Shown: positions 50,109-58,670 of the stretch, piece by piece | How positions within the stretch are numbered: position 1 is the first letter of the stretch | How the letters are laid out: the number at the start of each line of letters is the position of its first letter | Assembly: GCA_964504135.1 (NCBI GenBank) | Contig: CAZDCW010000003.1 | Location: 427 to 64,426, forward strand | Origin: an uncultured Methanosarcinales archaeon | Lineage (GTDB): Archaea; Nanobdellota; Nanobdellia; Woesearchaeales; UBA10216 | Length of the DNA stretch: 64,000 nucleotides | Direction: 5' to 3' | Position numbers and translations under genes: made by a program | The notes under the pieces: generated by a model | What the model was told of the DNA's origin: nothing | The model's input: only the letters and a program-made list of their open reading frames with translations | Databases searched by the model: none

Positions 50109-50921
50109 ATGAATATACGCTCATCTGTAACGCTTAACGACAGCAACAGGATGCCCTGGCTTGGCCTTGGCACTTGGAGAAGCCCGCCCGGAAAAGCCAC
50201 AGAGCAGGCTGTTTTATGGGCTTTGGAGGCAGGTTACAGGCATGTAGATACCGCTGCAGTCTATGGCAATGAGCAGAGTGTTGGCGCAGCTGTGCAAAAA
50301 AGCGGCATTTCAAGGGACGAAATCTTCATAACGACCAAGCTGTGGAACGCCGGCCATTCCAATCCCCGAAAGGCGCTGCAGCAAAGCCTGAGTAGGCTCG
50401 GTATGGGTTATGTGGACCTTTACCTGATTCATTTCCCTGTAAGGCAGCGCCTCTCATCCTGGCGTGTCCTTGAGCAGCTCCAGAAAGACGGCCTGTGCAG
50501 GTCAATTGGCGTCAGCAACTTCACTGTCAGGCATCTAAAGGAGCTTCTGCCTTCTGCTAAGGTGATTCCTGCTGTGAACCAGGTTGAGTTCAACCCTTAC
50601 CTCTATCAGAGTGGGCTTCATGGGTTCTGCACAAAAAATAAGGTCCAGCTTGAGGCCTACAGCCCCCTTGCCCAGGGCGAGAAGCTGACGGACCCTAAGC
50701 TCGTATCCCTTGCCGCCAAATACAGCCGTTCACCTGCCCAGATTCTTATCAGGTGGTGCCTCCAGAAGAGGCTTGTTGTTATTCCCAAATCAGTCCATAG
50801 GGAATTCATATTCCAGAATGCTGATGTCTTCGGCTTTAGCATAAAAAAGGAAGACCTGGTTTTGCTGGACAGCTTTGATGAGAACCTCCGCCTCTGCTGG
50901 GACCCGACTGATGCGCCGTGA
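50109..50921 (+). CDS. Aldo/keto reductase
   Basis: GLGTW, DTA.VYGNE, TTKLWN, IGVSNF, IPKS. Confidence 0.96.
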   Translation: MNIRSSVTLNDSNRMPWLGLGTWRSPPGKATEQAVLWALEAGYRHVDTAAVYGNEQSVGAAVQKSGISRDEIFITTKLWNAGHSNPRKALQQSLSRLGMGYVDLYLIHFPVRQRLSSWRVLEQLQKDGLCRSIGVSNFTVRHLKELLPSAKVIPAVNQVEFNPYLYQSGLHGFCTKNKVQLEAYSPLAQGEKLTDPKLVSLAAKYSRSPAQILIRWCLQKRLVVIPKSVHREFIFQNADVFGFSIKKEDLVLLDSFDENLRLCWDPTDAP

Positions 50922-50923
50922 GT

Positions 50924-51310
50924 TTATTCTTCAGGGTTGTAGACTTTGAGGCCTTCCTTGGCAGCGGCGATGTTAAGGTTTTTGTCCGCCGAAATAAATT
51001 CCATTTGTTCTGTGGCATTTGTCAAAGCAGAGTAAAGGTGAATTGCATCATTGACGGTTAAATGGTGCTTTATAATGTAATCAACGGCAAAGGTCATTGC
51101 CAATGAGGTTATTTCCGCCAGAATTATCAAATCGTTGTCAGTCAGGTCTCTTATGTCAGACGTGAACTCGCTTATCGCCTCAGACACTTCTTTCGAAGTG
51201 AGGCTTTTGATTCTTCCCAGCTTATCGAATGCAGATATTACCTCTCCTATGAGCAGTATTGAGGAGGCTAGTTTATTTGCATAAGCGTCCCGGATAATGT
51301 CGTTCCTGCC
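50924..51310 (-). pseudogene. 5'-truncated PIN-domain (VapC-like) toxin
   Basis: Frame reads DAYANKLASSILLIGEVISAFDK...DAIHLYSAL..FISADKNL..AA; first-strand Asp motif and start missing. 5' boundary approximate. Confidence 0.75.
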
Positions 51311-51498
51311 TTTTTGCTCGCCCTGGCAAGATTTCTCCTGACGTTTGCCTTTTCGCTCCCTGTTATATGGTACTTTAGGGCGAGCTGCCTGATTGCGTCC
51401 CTGACTACTTCAGACTGGGACTTGTACAGTCCTGTCCTTAGTATTTCGCGGGCCAGGCCCTGGAGTTCCTTTGTGACTTCAGCAGTAAGGGTTGCCAT
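51268..51498 (-). CDS. Ribbon-helix-helix antitoxin-like protein (3' end possibly altered by deletion)
   Basis: GLYKSQSEVVRDAIR upstream of the PIN fragment. Confidence 0.8.
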   Translation of the reverse strand: MATLTAEVTKELQGLAREILRTGLYKSQSEVVRDAIRQLALKYHITGSEKANVRRNLARASKKAGTTLSGTLMQIN

Positions 51499-51582
51499 TT
51501 TTTTTTCTAACAGCCTGCTGTTAGTTGCAAAATATAAACTTTGCGGTTTTATCTGGGCTAACTCAGAGTTTCAGTTCTCTTG

Positions 51583-51670
51583 CAGTACACGAAGAGTTAG
51601 CCTGCTACAAAGAGTTGACTACAAACCACCAACCATTAACTACACACAATTAACTGCCACAAACCACTGC
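51583..51670 (+). repeat. Family B short copy plus AC-rich heptamer tract; empty site for family A
   Basis: cagtacacgaagagttagcctgctacaaagagttg then actacaa accacca accatta actacac acaatta actgcca. Confidence 0.85.
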
Positions 51671-52012
51671 CTACTTCTCCCTCTTCCTCGCCTCTTCTAT
51701 GGCCAGCTTCCTGACCAGTTCCTCTACCTTGCGCTGGGTTTTCACGGTTATTATGTTTGAGTGGAACACCGCTCCTGTGAGGAGCATGAAGCCAGCTATT
51801 ATGAGGAGGTCCATCTTTCTGCTTATGTTGAGGGTTCTTATAAGGGGGTTTAGTATTTCAGGCGCAAGGCTTATTACCGAGAATCCCAGCGCAAGCACTG
51901 TCCAGAATGCCCACTCGTTTATGGTCAGTTCCTTTCTCTTGTAGTTCATGAAGGCGAGGTACATCAGGAACAGCCCGAACAGCGCTCCGAGTATTTGTAT
52001 TATGAGTACCAT
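51671..52012 (-). CDS. DUF2304 family membrane protein
   Basis: Three TM segments, C-terminal VEELVRKLAI; follows GT2. Confidence 0.85.
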   Translation of the reverse strand: MVLIIQILGALFGLFLMYLAFMNYKRKELTINEWAFWTVLALGFSVISLAPEILNPLIRTLNISRKMDLLIIAGFMLLTGAVFHSNIITVKTQRKVEELVRKLAIEEARKREK

Positions 52013-52013
52013 T

Positions 52014-52673
52014 TTAGCGTGTGAATTTCCACCATATCATCTGCGCCACTATTGATATTCCGTCCATTACTGTGGTGCCCTTGTATTTGTCCACGTATAT
52101 CGTTTTTACAGGCACCTGCTGGAATTTTATCCTGTGCTTTCCTGTGAGGGCTATCATTTCTGACTCTACGCTGTAGTCTGTGGCCTTCCATCGTATCTTC
52201 TGGTAGGCTTCCTTTTTAAAGGCTCTGTATCCGCATTGCGTGTCGTTTATTCTCATGTGGAACAGCATCCTGACTGCTGTGCCTATGAACCAGTTCCCGA
52301 ATCTGAATACAAGGGGCATTTCTCCTCCAAGCCTTCTGTATCCGAATACCATGTCCGCACCTTCAAGTGCCTTGATGAAGTGCGGGATTTCCTCTGGGTC
52401 GTGCTGGGTGTCCGAGTCCAGCAATATGATTGCGTCAGCGCCTTGCATGACTGCGTAGTCGCAGCCTGTCTTGAGGGCTGCTCCCTTGCCGAGGTTTATT
52501 AGGTGCCTTAGCACCGCAACCCCTGCTTTTTGCGCCTCTTCTGCTGTTGCGTCCCTGCTTCCATCGTCAACTACTATTATCCGCCGCGGGTCTATCTGTT
52601 TTTTTGTCTTTATGATTACTTCTGTGATGTGCTTCTGCTCGTTGTAGGCCGGGATTACAGCGAATGCGTTCAT
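52014..52673 (-). CDS. GT2 polyprenol-phosphate glycosyltransferase
   Basis: IPAYNE, DDGSRD, NLGKGAAL, DSDTQH, DTQCGYRA. Confidence 0.93.
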   Translation of the reverse strand: MNAFAVIPAYNEQKHITEVIIKTKKQIDPRRIIVVDDGSRDATAEEAQKAGVAVLRHLINLGKGAALKTGCDYAVMQGADAIILLDSDTQHDPEEIPHFIKALEGADMVFGYRRLGGEMPLVFRFGNWFIGTAVRMLFHMRINDTQCGYRAFKKEAYQKIRWKATDYSVESEMIALTGKHRIKFQQVPVKTIYVDKYKGTTVMDGISIVAQMIWWKFTR

Positions 52674-55600
52674 CTTATCTTTTCTATCCTGAACCTGAAG
52701 AATAGCGTCTTGTTGCCCAGCGGGTGCTTGTCCGGCTCTGTCCCGTATGCCTTTTCCGGGCTTATCCTGGCGGTCTTTTCCTCGCCGGCCTTCATTCCAG
52801 TCATCTGCTCTTCAAGGCCAGGTATTATTTCTGATTTGCCCATTGTGAAGGTGAAGGGCGCTGAGTCTTCACCGAATGGCTGGTCTTTTGTTATGTTGCG
52901 GCTGTCCCAGTTGTATATTGAGCTGTCAAACACAGTCCCGTCCTCCAGGTATCCTATGTAGTTGAATGTCACGCTGTCCTGCGGCCCTACACTTTCCTTT
53001 GTTGTCAGCTCTGATTTTGTGTGCATCTCCCCGCCTTTCCAGTCCACTCTGTATACGTATATTTCCGCTCCTGTTATGCTTCTCTGGTATGTGAGGAGCT
53101 TGAAGTGCCTTAGGCTGTGGCCTTTCATGAAGAACATCCTTGTGAACATGCTTGCGTTCAGCTCTGGCGCTGCCATTACCATCCTGTAATTGTCGCCTTC
53201 GGGTATTATTGTCGCGGCCCAGTCTATGCCTACGTTTTCAGAGTGGGATTTCTGCTCAACCCCTTTTTCCGTAGCTATTGCCACCGCCCTCAGGTTCTTT
53301 GGCTCCTGGCCCTCAAGCAGGAGCACTGCGTCGTTTGCTGAGAAATTTATTGCAGGGACTATGTTCAGTCTCCTTCCACCGCCTGCGTCCAGGCCTATGG
53401 TGTCGCATATTCCTGTTTTTCCGTCGCAGTTCAGTATTTGTCCGTAGCTTGGCCAGGGGCTTATCCATGTGTTTCCCTGTGCGTCATTCATGGCCTGGAT
53501 GTCGTAGTAGGTTTGCTCTGCCTGTTCACTTGTGTAGTTGAGCTTGCTCTGCATTTCTGCTATTGCCTCTTCTGCGGGCTTTTCCCGCAGCCTGTTCCAT
53601 ATGTATGCCTTTTCAAAGTCCCATGAGCCGAAGTGCGCCCATACTCCTGATTTTCCTATCATGTCTTCTGATGCTATGAAGAAGGCTTCCGGAGGCTCGC
53701 AGTGTGTGTATTTTAGCACTGCCTCTGCCTGCCCGGCAGTCATCCCGTATTTCTGCCTGAGCTTTTTGCCTGCCGCCTCCCTGTCGTCCTTGAATACGCT
53801 GTAAAGTATGCCTATTGACATGAGGGTGTCGTTTCCGTTTGCCTTCTGGACTTCCTCGAATGCGTTGTTGCCCCCGCAGTCAAGCATCCTTAGTATGCCT
53901 ACAGCCATTTCCTCATCGTCAGTTTTTAGTATCTGCCCTACCCAGTGTGCCTGCGGGCTTCCCTGGGTTGTGCCGTCAAATGTCACAGGCCTTTCGGCGA
54001 GCGCCTTGAAGTGGTGCCCGAAGTCCCACCAGCTGGTTATTATCGCTGTCCTGTTTGAGTTGTCCCTTATTGCAGCCAGTGAGTTGTACCATGCGTCGTT
54101 TATTATTGGCACGTCCTGTTTTGCTATGCTTATAGAGACCGCCCATGCGTTGGATGGCACCATTACAAGGACAAGCAGCAGCGCGAATACGGTTACGGAT
54201 GCTATTGTCCGTTGGATTTTCAGGTCAGTTGTCAGCGAGTGCTCCAGCCTCTTGTGTATGAACCCTATGGCGACTCCGAAGGCTATTGCGAATGCAGGCA
54301 CGAGCAGCATTACAAACCTTATTCCCTTGGTGCTGGCATACATTGTCACTATGAACCATATTATCAGCAGCGCGGCCACTCTCATGTCTATTGGCTCGTG
54401 CATTATTCCGGCATAGAGTGTCCGGGCCAGTATTGGCAGGCTGAGGAGTATGAGGAACCATTCCTGCACAAGTTCGCCTCTCATCAGCAGGAGGATAAGC
54501 CAGTATGCTGCTGAGCCCAGTATGAACATCCATTCCTGCCAGTCCACCCTCTTCTTGGTCATGCTTATCATTATTCCCAGGAGGGCTGTGAAGAAGAATA
54601 CAGGGCCGCCCACGTTGTTCATTATGTCGTTGATGCCGCCCTCGTTTAGTTCTGCCACGGTTGTAAGCACGTTTGGGAAAAGGCTTTCCATGACAGGCGC
54701 CTTTATCCTGGTGAATGCCAGCGAGCCTATCGGGCTGAGTATGAAGGTGTCAAGGCCTGAAAGCAGGCTTACGAATATCCCGGAGAACAGTATGAACATT
54801 AAGGTTACTGTTAGCGCTGTTTTTACCTCATGGGTGAACAAATTCCCGATTCCTTTTGCAATCTGCTTTCTGTTTGCAAGGATTATGTAGCCGAAGTATA
54901 CTGCTGATGCTGCAAGCAGGAAGTTGTATATGAACCACCATCCTCCCCATATTCTTGAGAATAGGCCCATGCTCAGGCCTGCAAGGAAGGTCAGGGCAGT
55001 TTGCCATTTCAGGCTTTTGGACTCGATGGCCATGAGGAAGAGGAATGCGGTGAGCACAGAGAAGAACAGTACCCATGTGTCAGAGTCCCCATGTCCGAAG
55101 AGGCTTCTTGAAAGCGCGGATGGGTTGAGCGCCATCAGCAGGCCTGCAAAAAGCCCTCCTACATCTCCTGCTATTCTTCTGCAGATGAAGAACACTATTA
55201 CAGCCGCGAGGGCTGCTATTATTACAGGGTAAAGCATCTCCGCGTACATTAGTGTCATTCCCGGGTTGAATATCCTGAGAATCCTGTAGAATAGGGCTAT
55301 GGAGTATGGGTGGAAAGTATCTTCCGGCTCTACATATCTTCCTTCTGGCGCCAGCTGGAATGTGTCGTAGCTTCTCCCGTTTTTTATAGTGTCGCCGGGG
55401 TAGCCGTGGTCAACTATGTTTCTTGCGTACCTGAACCAGTAGTAGGGGTCTATGTCAGGCATGTATGCATTTCCCTGGTCGTCCAGGTAGAATGTTTTGA
55501 AGTATTCTGCTGTCTGCTGGACTTGCTGTTTGATGTTTGCTGACTGGCCTGCGTATTGCCCTGTCCTGAATGCGTATTCTCCTTTTTTCAGGGCCTCGTT

Positions 55601-56143
55601 GAAGTCCTTGTCTATGAGCTCGTTCTTCTGCCTGTCCGGAAGGTTCGGGTACTGTGCCAGGATTGACTGCTCGATGTCAGCCCTTAGGAATCCGTATGTG
55701 CTTTGCTTTGCCCAGTCTTCGGCGTACAGCATTTGGCCGGGAAGCATCCTTACATATGCGGCTGCCGCGGCTATTATTATGATGGCCGCCACAATGAGCA
55801 GCTGCCTGCTGTTTTTATGGAAGAATCCTGATATGGCTTGGGTGTCAAGGCTTAGCTCGTCCTCATCCTGCGGGGCTTTTTCACGGTGTGCCTTTGGGCC
55901 TTGCTTGAAGAGGCCTTTTAATTTTCCAAATGTTTCGCCTATGCTGACCTCATCTTCAGCATCTTCATGTGCTGCTTCATGCTTTTTGTGGTGTTCGTGC
56001 TCTGGCCGCTGTTCGTGCTGCTCTGCTTTCTCTTCCTTGTGATGTTCTTCCTTGCCTGGCTGCCCTTCCTTCTTTTTTCCGAATGGCCACATCTTGCCAA
56101 GGTCTATGTCGAGGTCGTCTTCCTTTTCATCCATTTTTCCCAA
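52670..56143 (-). CDS. aglB: Oligosaccharyltransferase AglB/STT3 with C-terminal FKBP-type PPIase domain
   Basis: DIDPYY, GDSD, TVAEL, SWWDFGH; C-terminal YIG.LEDGTVFDSS..FTMG..IIPGLEE..GMKAGEEK..I.PEKAYG..HPL. Confidence 0.93.
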   Translation of the reverse strand: MGKMDEKEDDLDIDLGKMWPFGKKKEGQPGKEEHHKEEKAEQHEQRPEHEHHKKHEAAHEDAEDEVSIGETFGKLKGLFKQGPKAHREKAPQDEDELSLDTQAISGFFHKNSRQLLIVAAIIIIAAAAAYVRMLPGQMLYAEDWAKQSTYGFLRADIEQSILAQYPNLPDRQKNELIDKDFNEALKKGEYAFRTGQYAGQSANIKQQVQQTAEYFKTFYLDDQGNAYMPDIDPYYWFRYARNIVDHGYPGDTIKNGRSYDTFQLAPEGRYVEPEDTFHPYSIALFYRILRIFNPGMTLMYAEMLYPVIIAALAAVIVFFICRRIAGDVGGLFAGLLMALNPSALSRSLFGHGDSDTWVLFFSVLTAFLFLMAIESKSLKWQTALTFLAGLSMGLFSRIWGGWWFIYNFLLAASAVYFGYIILANRKQIAKGIGNLFTHEVKTALTVTLMFILFSGIFVSLLSGLDTFILSPIGSLAFTRIKAPVMESLFPNVLTTVAELNEGGINDIMNNVGGPVFFFTALLGIMISMTKKRVDWQEWMFILGSAAYWLILLLMRGELVQEWFLILLSLPILARTLYAGIMHEPIDMRVAALLIIWFIVTMYASTKGIRFVMLLVPAFAIAFGVAIGFIHKRLEHSLTTDLKIQRTIASVTVFALLLVLVMVPSNAWAVSISIAKQDVPIINDAWYNSLAAIRDNSNRTAIITSWWDFGHHFKALAERPVTFDGTTQGSPQAHWVGQILKTDDEEMAVGILRMLDCGGNNAFEEVQKANGNDTLMSIGILYSVFKDDREAAGKKLRQKYGMTAGQAEAVLKYTHCEPPEAFFIASEDMIGKSGVWAHFGSWDFEKAYIWNRLREKPAEEAIAEMQSKLNYTSEQAEQTYYDIQAMNDAQGNTWISPWPSYGQILNCDGKTGICDTIGLDAGGGRRLNIVPAINFSANDAVLLLEGQEPKNLRAVAIATEKGVEQKSHSENVGIDWAATIIPEGDNYRMVMAAPELNASMFTRMFFMKGHSLRHFKLLTYQRSITGAEIYVYRVDWKGGEMHTKSELTTKESVGPQDSVTFNYIGYLEDGTVFDSSIYNWDSRNITKDQPFGEDSAPFTFTMGKSEIIPGLEEQMTGMKAGEEKTARISPEKAYGTEPDKHPLGNKTLFFRFRIEKIR

Positions 56144-56221
56144 CTTCCGGGCAGAACCCGGGTCTATATATAAAGATTGTTGTGGCTGTTTTTCCCCCCT
56201 TTGTATTGTAAACGAAGAGGC

Positions 56222-56422
56222 CAGTACACGAAGAGTTAGCCTGCTACAAAGAGTTATCGTAAATTGCGTTAATTAGTGCAAAATTTGCGTGCAATTCCCA
56301 AATTAAGCATTGCTTAATTGGGCCCAATCACCGCAGTGATTTGGGTACGAGATTAGAATTGCGCATATCCATCAACTAATCAGCGCAATTCTCTATAACT
56401 ACAAACCACCAACCACTAACTA
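56222..56422 (+). repeat. Family B short copy plus AC tract, interrupted by family A copy 3
   Basis: Colinear with 51583-51640 on both sides of the insertion. Confidence 0.85.
56255..56397. mobile_element. Family A copy 3 (90 nt plus TA) carrying a 49-nt palindromic insert at 56297-56345
   Basis: Ends match copy 1; total 139 = 90 + 49 nt. Confidence 0.8.
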
Positions 56423-57523
56423 AATAATAAGCCTCGCGAATCCCAGCAGTTCTGGAGAACCGGCCAGCAGTTTCGCCATGAATCTGGCTGGGAAGTCCCT
56501 GTCGTGTTCTTCCAGTATTTTCCTGTTGCGCTCCTTCTGGAATATCCCGACCAGCTTGTTGTAATCGTAATCTGTGAACTTGTCCATGGCTTTCCTCATC
56601 ATCAGGTGCAGCCAAAGGTCTCTTGCAAGCCTGCTTCTCCACAGCCTGCTGTAGTTCTTCCTGTGCGTGATTGATTCGGCGAGCGCTTTTGCCGCGATGT
56701 GGCTCTGCATTATCCCGCCGAGTGTTGTCGCCTTCACCATCGTGGCTGCATCGCCAACCGTGTAAACATTCCCGTTCTGTGTTTTTACATTCGGGTCGTA
56801 TAGCGGTATGGGCCCTGCCTGTCTTGCAAGTATCAGTCCCGCATAGTCCTCGCCAAGCACTTTCCTGCAGAAGCCTTCAAAGTATTTCTGCGGCTCGTTC
56901 AGCGTGGCAACTCCAATCCTCACCCTGTCCTTGGATTCAGGCACAGTCCATGCTATGCCCTGCGTGCCGGGGTAAAAGTCAATCATGTTGTCATTTTCCC
57001 TTTTTGCGGTTGCCTGCAGCCCGAGGTATAGCTTTCTTTTTCCGTAAAGGCCGTTGTTCTTTGCAACCCTGCTTGCCGGCCCGTCAGCTCCGATTAGCAT
57101 TTTTGTTTCAGTCTCGTATTCTTCGCCGCTTTTCAGGTCTTTAACCATCACCTTTTCCATGTCGCCGGAGGGCCGGTTTCCCATGTATACGTGGTTTAGC
57201 TTGTATTCAGCCCCGCTCCGCTGGGCCATTTCCGCAACGTGCTGGTCAAGGAGGTGCCTGTTGAATATCTTGTTGGGATGCCTGAAGTTTATTTTTACAT
57301 TCTCCCCGTTTGGCGAGTATATCCTTGCGCTCTCAACAGTGTTGGCGATTAGCTCTTTTTTGGGCTTAATCAGCGTGTCGAAGTGCGAGGTTATTATGCC
57401 TGTGCATGCCACCGGCAGGCCTACCGTGGAATTTGCCTCGTACACCTCCACGTCAAACCCTTCGCCCGCCAGAAGGTAGGCTGCGTAATTCCCCGCAGCC
57501 CCTGCGCCGATTATGGTTATCAT
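56420..57523 (-). CDS. Geranylgeranyl reductase-like FAD oxidoreductase
   Basis: IIGAGAAG, CTG, IGADG..S.VA, W.VP, VGDAA..VK.T.GGI. Confidence 0.88.
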   Translation of the reverse strand: MITIIGAGAAGNYAAYLLAGEGFDVEVYEANSTVGLPVACTGIITSHFDTLIKPKKELIANTVESARIYSPNGENVKINFRHPNKIFNRHLLDQHVAEMAQRSGAEYKLNHVYMGNRPSGDMEKVMVKDLKSGEEYETETKMLIGADGPASRVAKNNGLYGKRKLYLGLQATAKRENDNMIDFYPGTQGIAWTVPESKDRVRIGVATLNEPQKYFEGFCRKVLGEDYAGLILARQAGPIPLYDPNVKTQNGNVYTVGDAATMVKATTLGGIMQSHIAAKALAESITHRKNYSRLWRSRLARDLWLHLMMRKAMDKFTDYDYNKLVGIFQKERNRKILEEHDRDFPARFMAKLLAGSPELLGFARLII

Positions 57524-57626
57524 CTTTCCCTGTATCTGGCATCTGCTTTTATTTTTTTCCCGGCAAATCGGGAAATCCGCAAAATCCGGTCGAAACCTTT
57601 TTAGCATCCTGAAGCTTCCCAGCCTG

Positions 57627-58595
57627 ATGCTAAGGGATGAGGTTCTTAAGCTGGATCCCGGCAGGGTAGCCCTCTGGGATTTTCTCAGGTCAGGGAGCCT
57701 TGAGCGGGGCGATACTATTAGGATTGGCGGCGCATCTTACTCGATGTTAACTGGAGGGTCTGCCAGTTGTGGGCTTGGCACTGCTAACCTTTTCCTCTAT
57801 CATTCGCCTGACATCAACCGTAATTACAGCACTTTGGATGAGGTGGTTAGGGACCCTGCGCTTCTTGACGCGTTGGACCCTGACCCTGATAAGCCTAGCA
57901 TCCGCAATCGGGTTGCCATTACCTACAATTACTGGCATGCCTTCTTTGATGCGGTTAAAGGGCTTCCTGGGGGGTTTTCAGCAGTGGAGCTGGACAGGCT
58001 TCAGTCAGCCGGTTACATGGTGCCTTTTTTGCAGCAGCTGGCCCTTTCAGGCCGCATGGGCACGCCTGAGCTTGAGGCCAGGCAGGGCGTGTGGCCGCTG
58101 GCGTATCATTCGCACAGCTCTGATTCAATAATTTTTTCCCCTCGCTACTCCTCGCTTGTTCAATTATACGCTGGCCAGAGGACTGTCTCTGACATCCATG
58201 GCCTCAGCAGGATTATTTTTGGCAGCAGTGATGCCGAGCAGTGGAGGAGGCTTTATGTCAGGAATCACCAGGAGTTTATGGCTTACCTTGGCGTTGGCTG
58301 CCTGGATGCTGCGCCTGGGCCGCGGCTTTTTAGTGGGGGCTGCCTTCCGGGCATGGCCTTTTTTGCAGCCATCACAGCCATAGGCATAGCGGCCAGCAGC
58401 GGTTTTCTGCTTGGCAGGGGTCCGGCTGCGCCAGCAGCAACGCCTGTTCCGGTTGCCGAGGAGCCTGCTGCCACACCGGCCGCAGTAATCCCCCCGACTA
58501 CTCTAACCCCCACTCTCTATATTCCAAGTGTGCTTAATGGCACATCGTCAGGCACGGCTTATGTTCCGGTGATAGTCAGCGGAAGGCCTGACTGA
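57627..58595 (+). CDS. Unknown family paralog 1 (MLRDEV domain, TM, short P/T/A tail)
   Basis: Shares LWDFL, FLQQL, IHGL..I.F, RRLY..H..FM.YLGV.C with paralogs 2 and 3. Confidence 0.8.
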   Translation: MLRDEVLKLDPGRVALWDFLRSGSLERGDTIRIGGASYSMLTGGSASCGLGTANLFLYHSPDINRNYSTLDEVVRDPALLDALDPDPDKPSIRNRVAITYNYWHAFFDAVKGLPGGFSAVELDRLQSAGYMVPFLQQLALSGRMGTPELEARQGVWPLAYHSHSSDSIIFSPRYSSLVQLYAGQRTVSDIHGLSRIIFGSSDAEQWRRLYVRNHQEFMAYLGVGCLDAAPGPRLFSGGCLPGMAFFAAITAIGIAASSGFLLGRGPAAPAATPVPVAEEPAATPAAVIPPTTLTPTLYIPSVLNGTSSGTAYVPVIVSGRPD

Positions 58596-58670
58596 AAAAT
58601 CAGCATTAGTAGCCATTATCTAATGGTTACAAACACAAGTTTTTTAAAAGCTCATGACTTCCCTGGGCTG

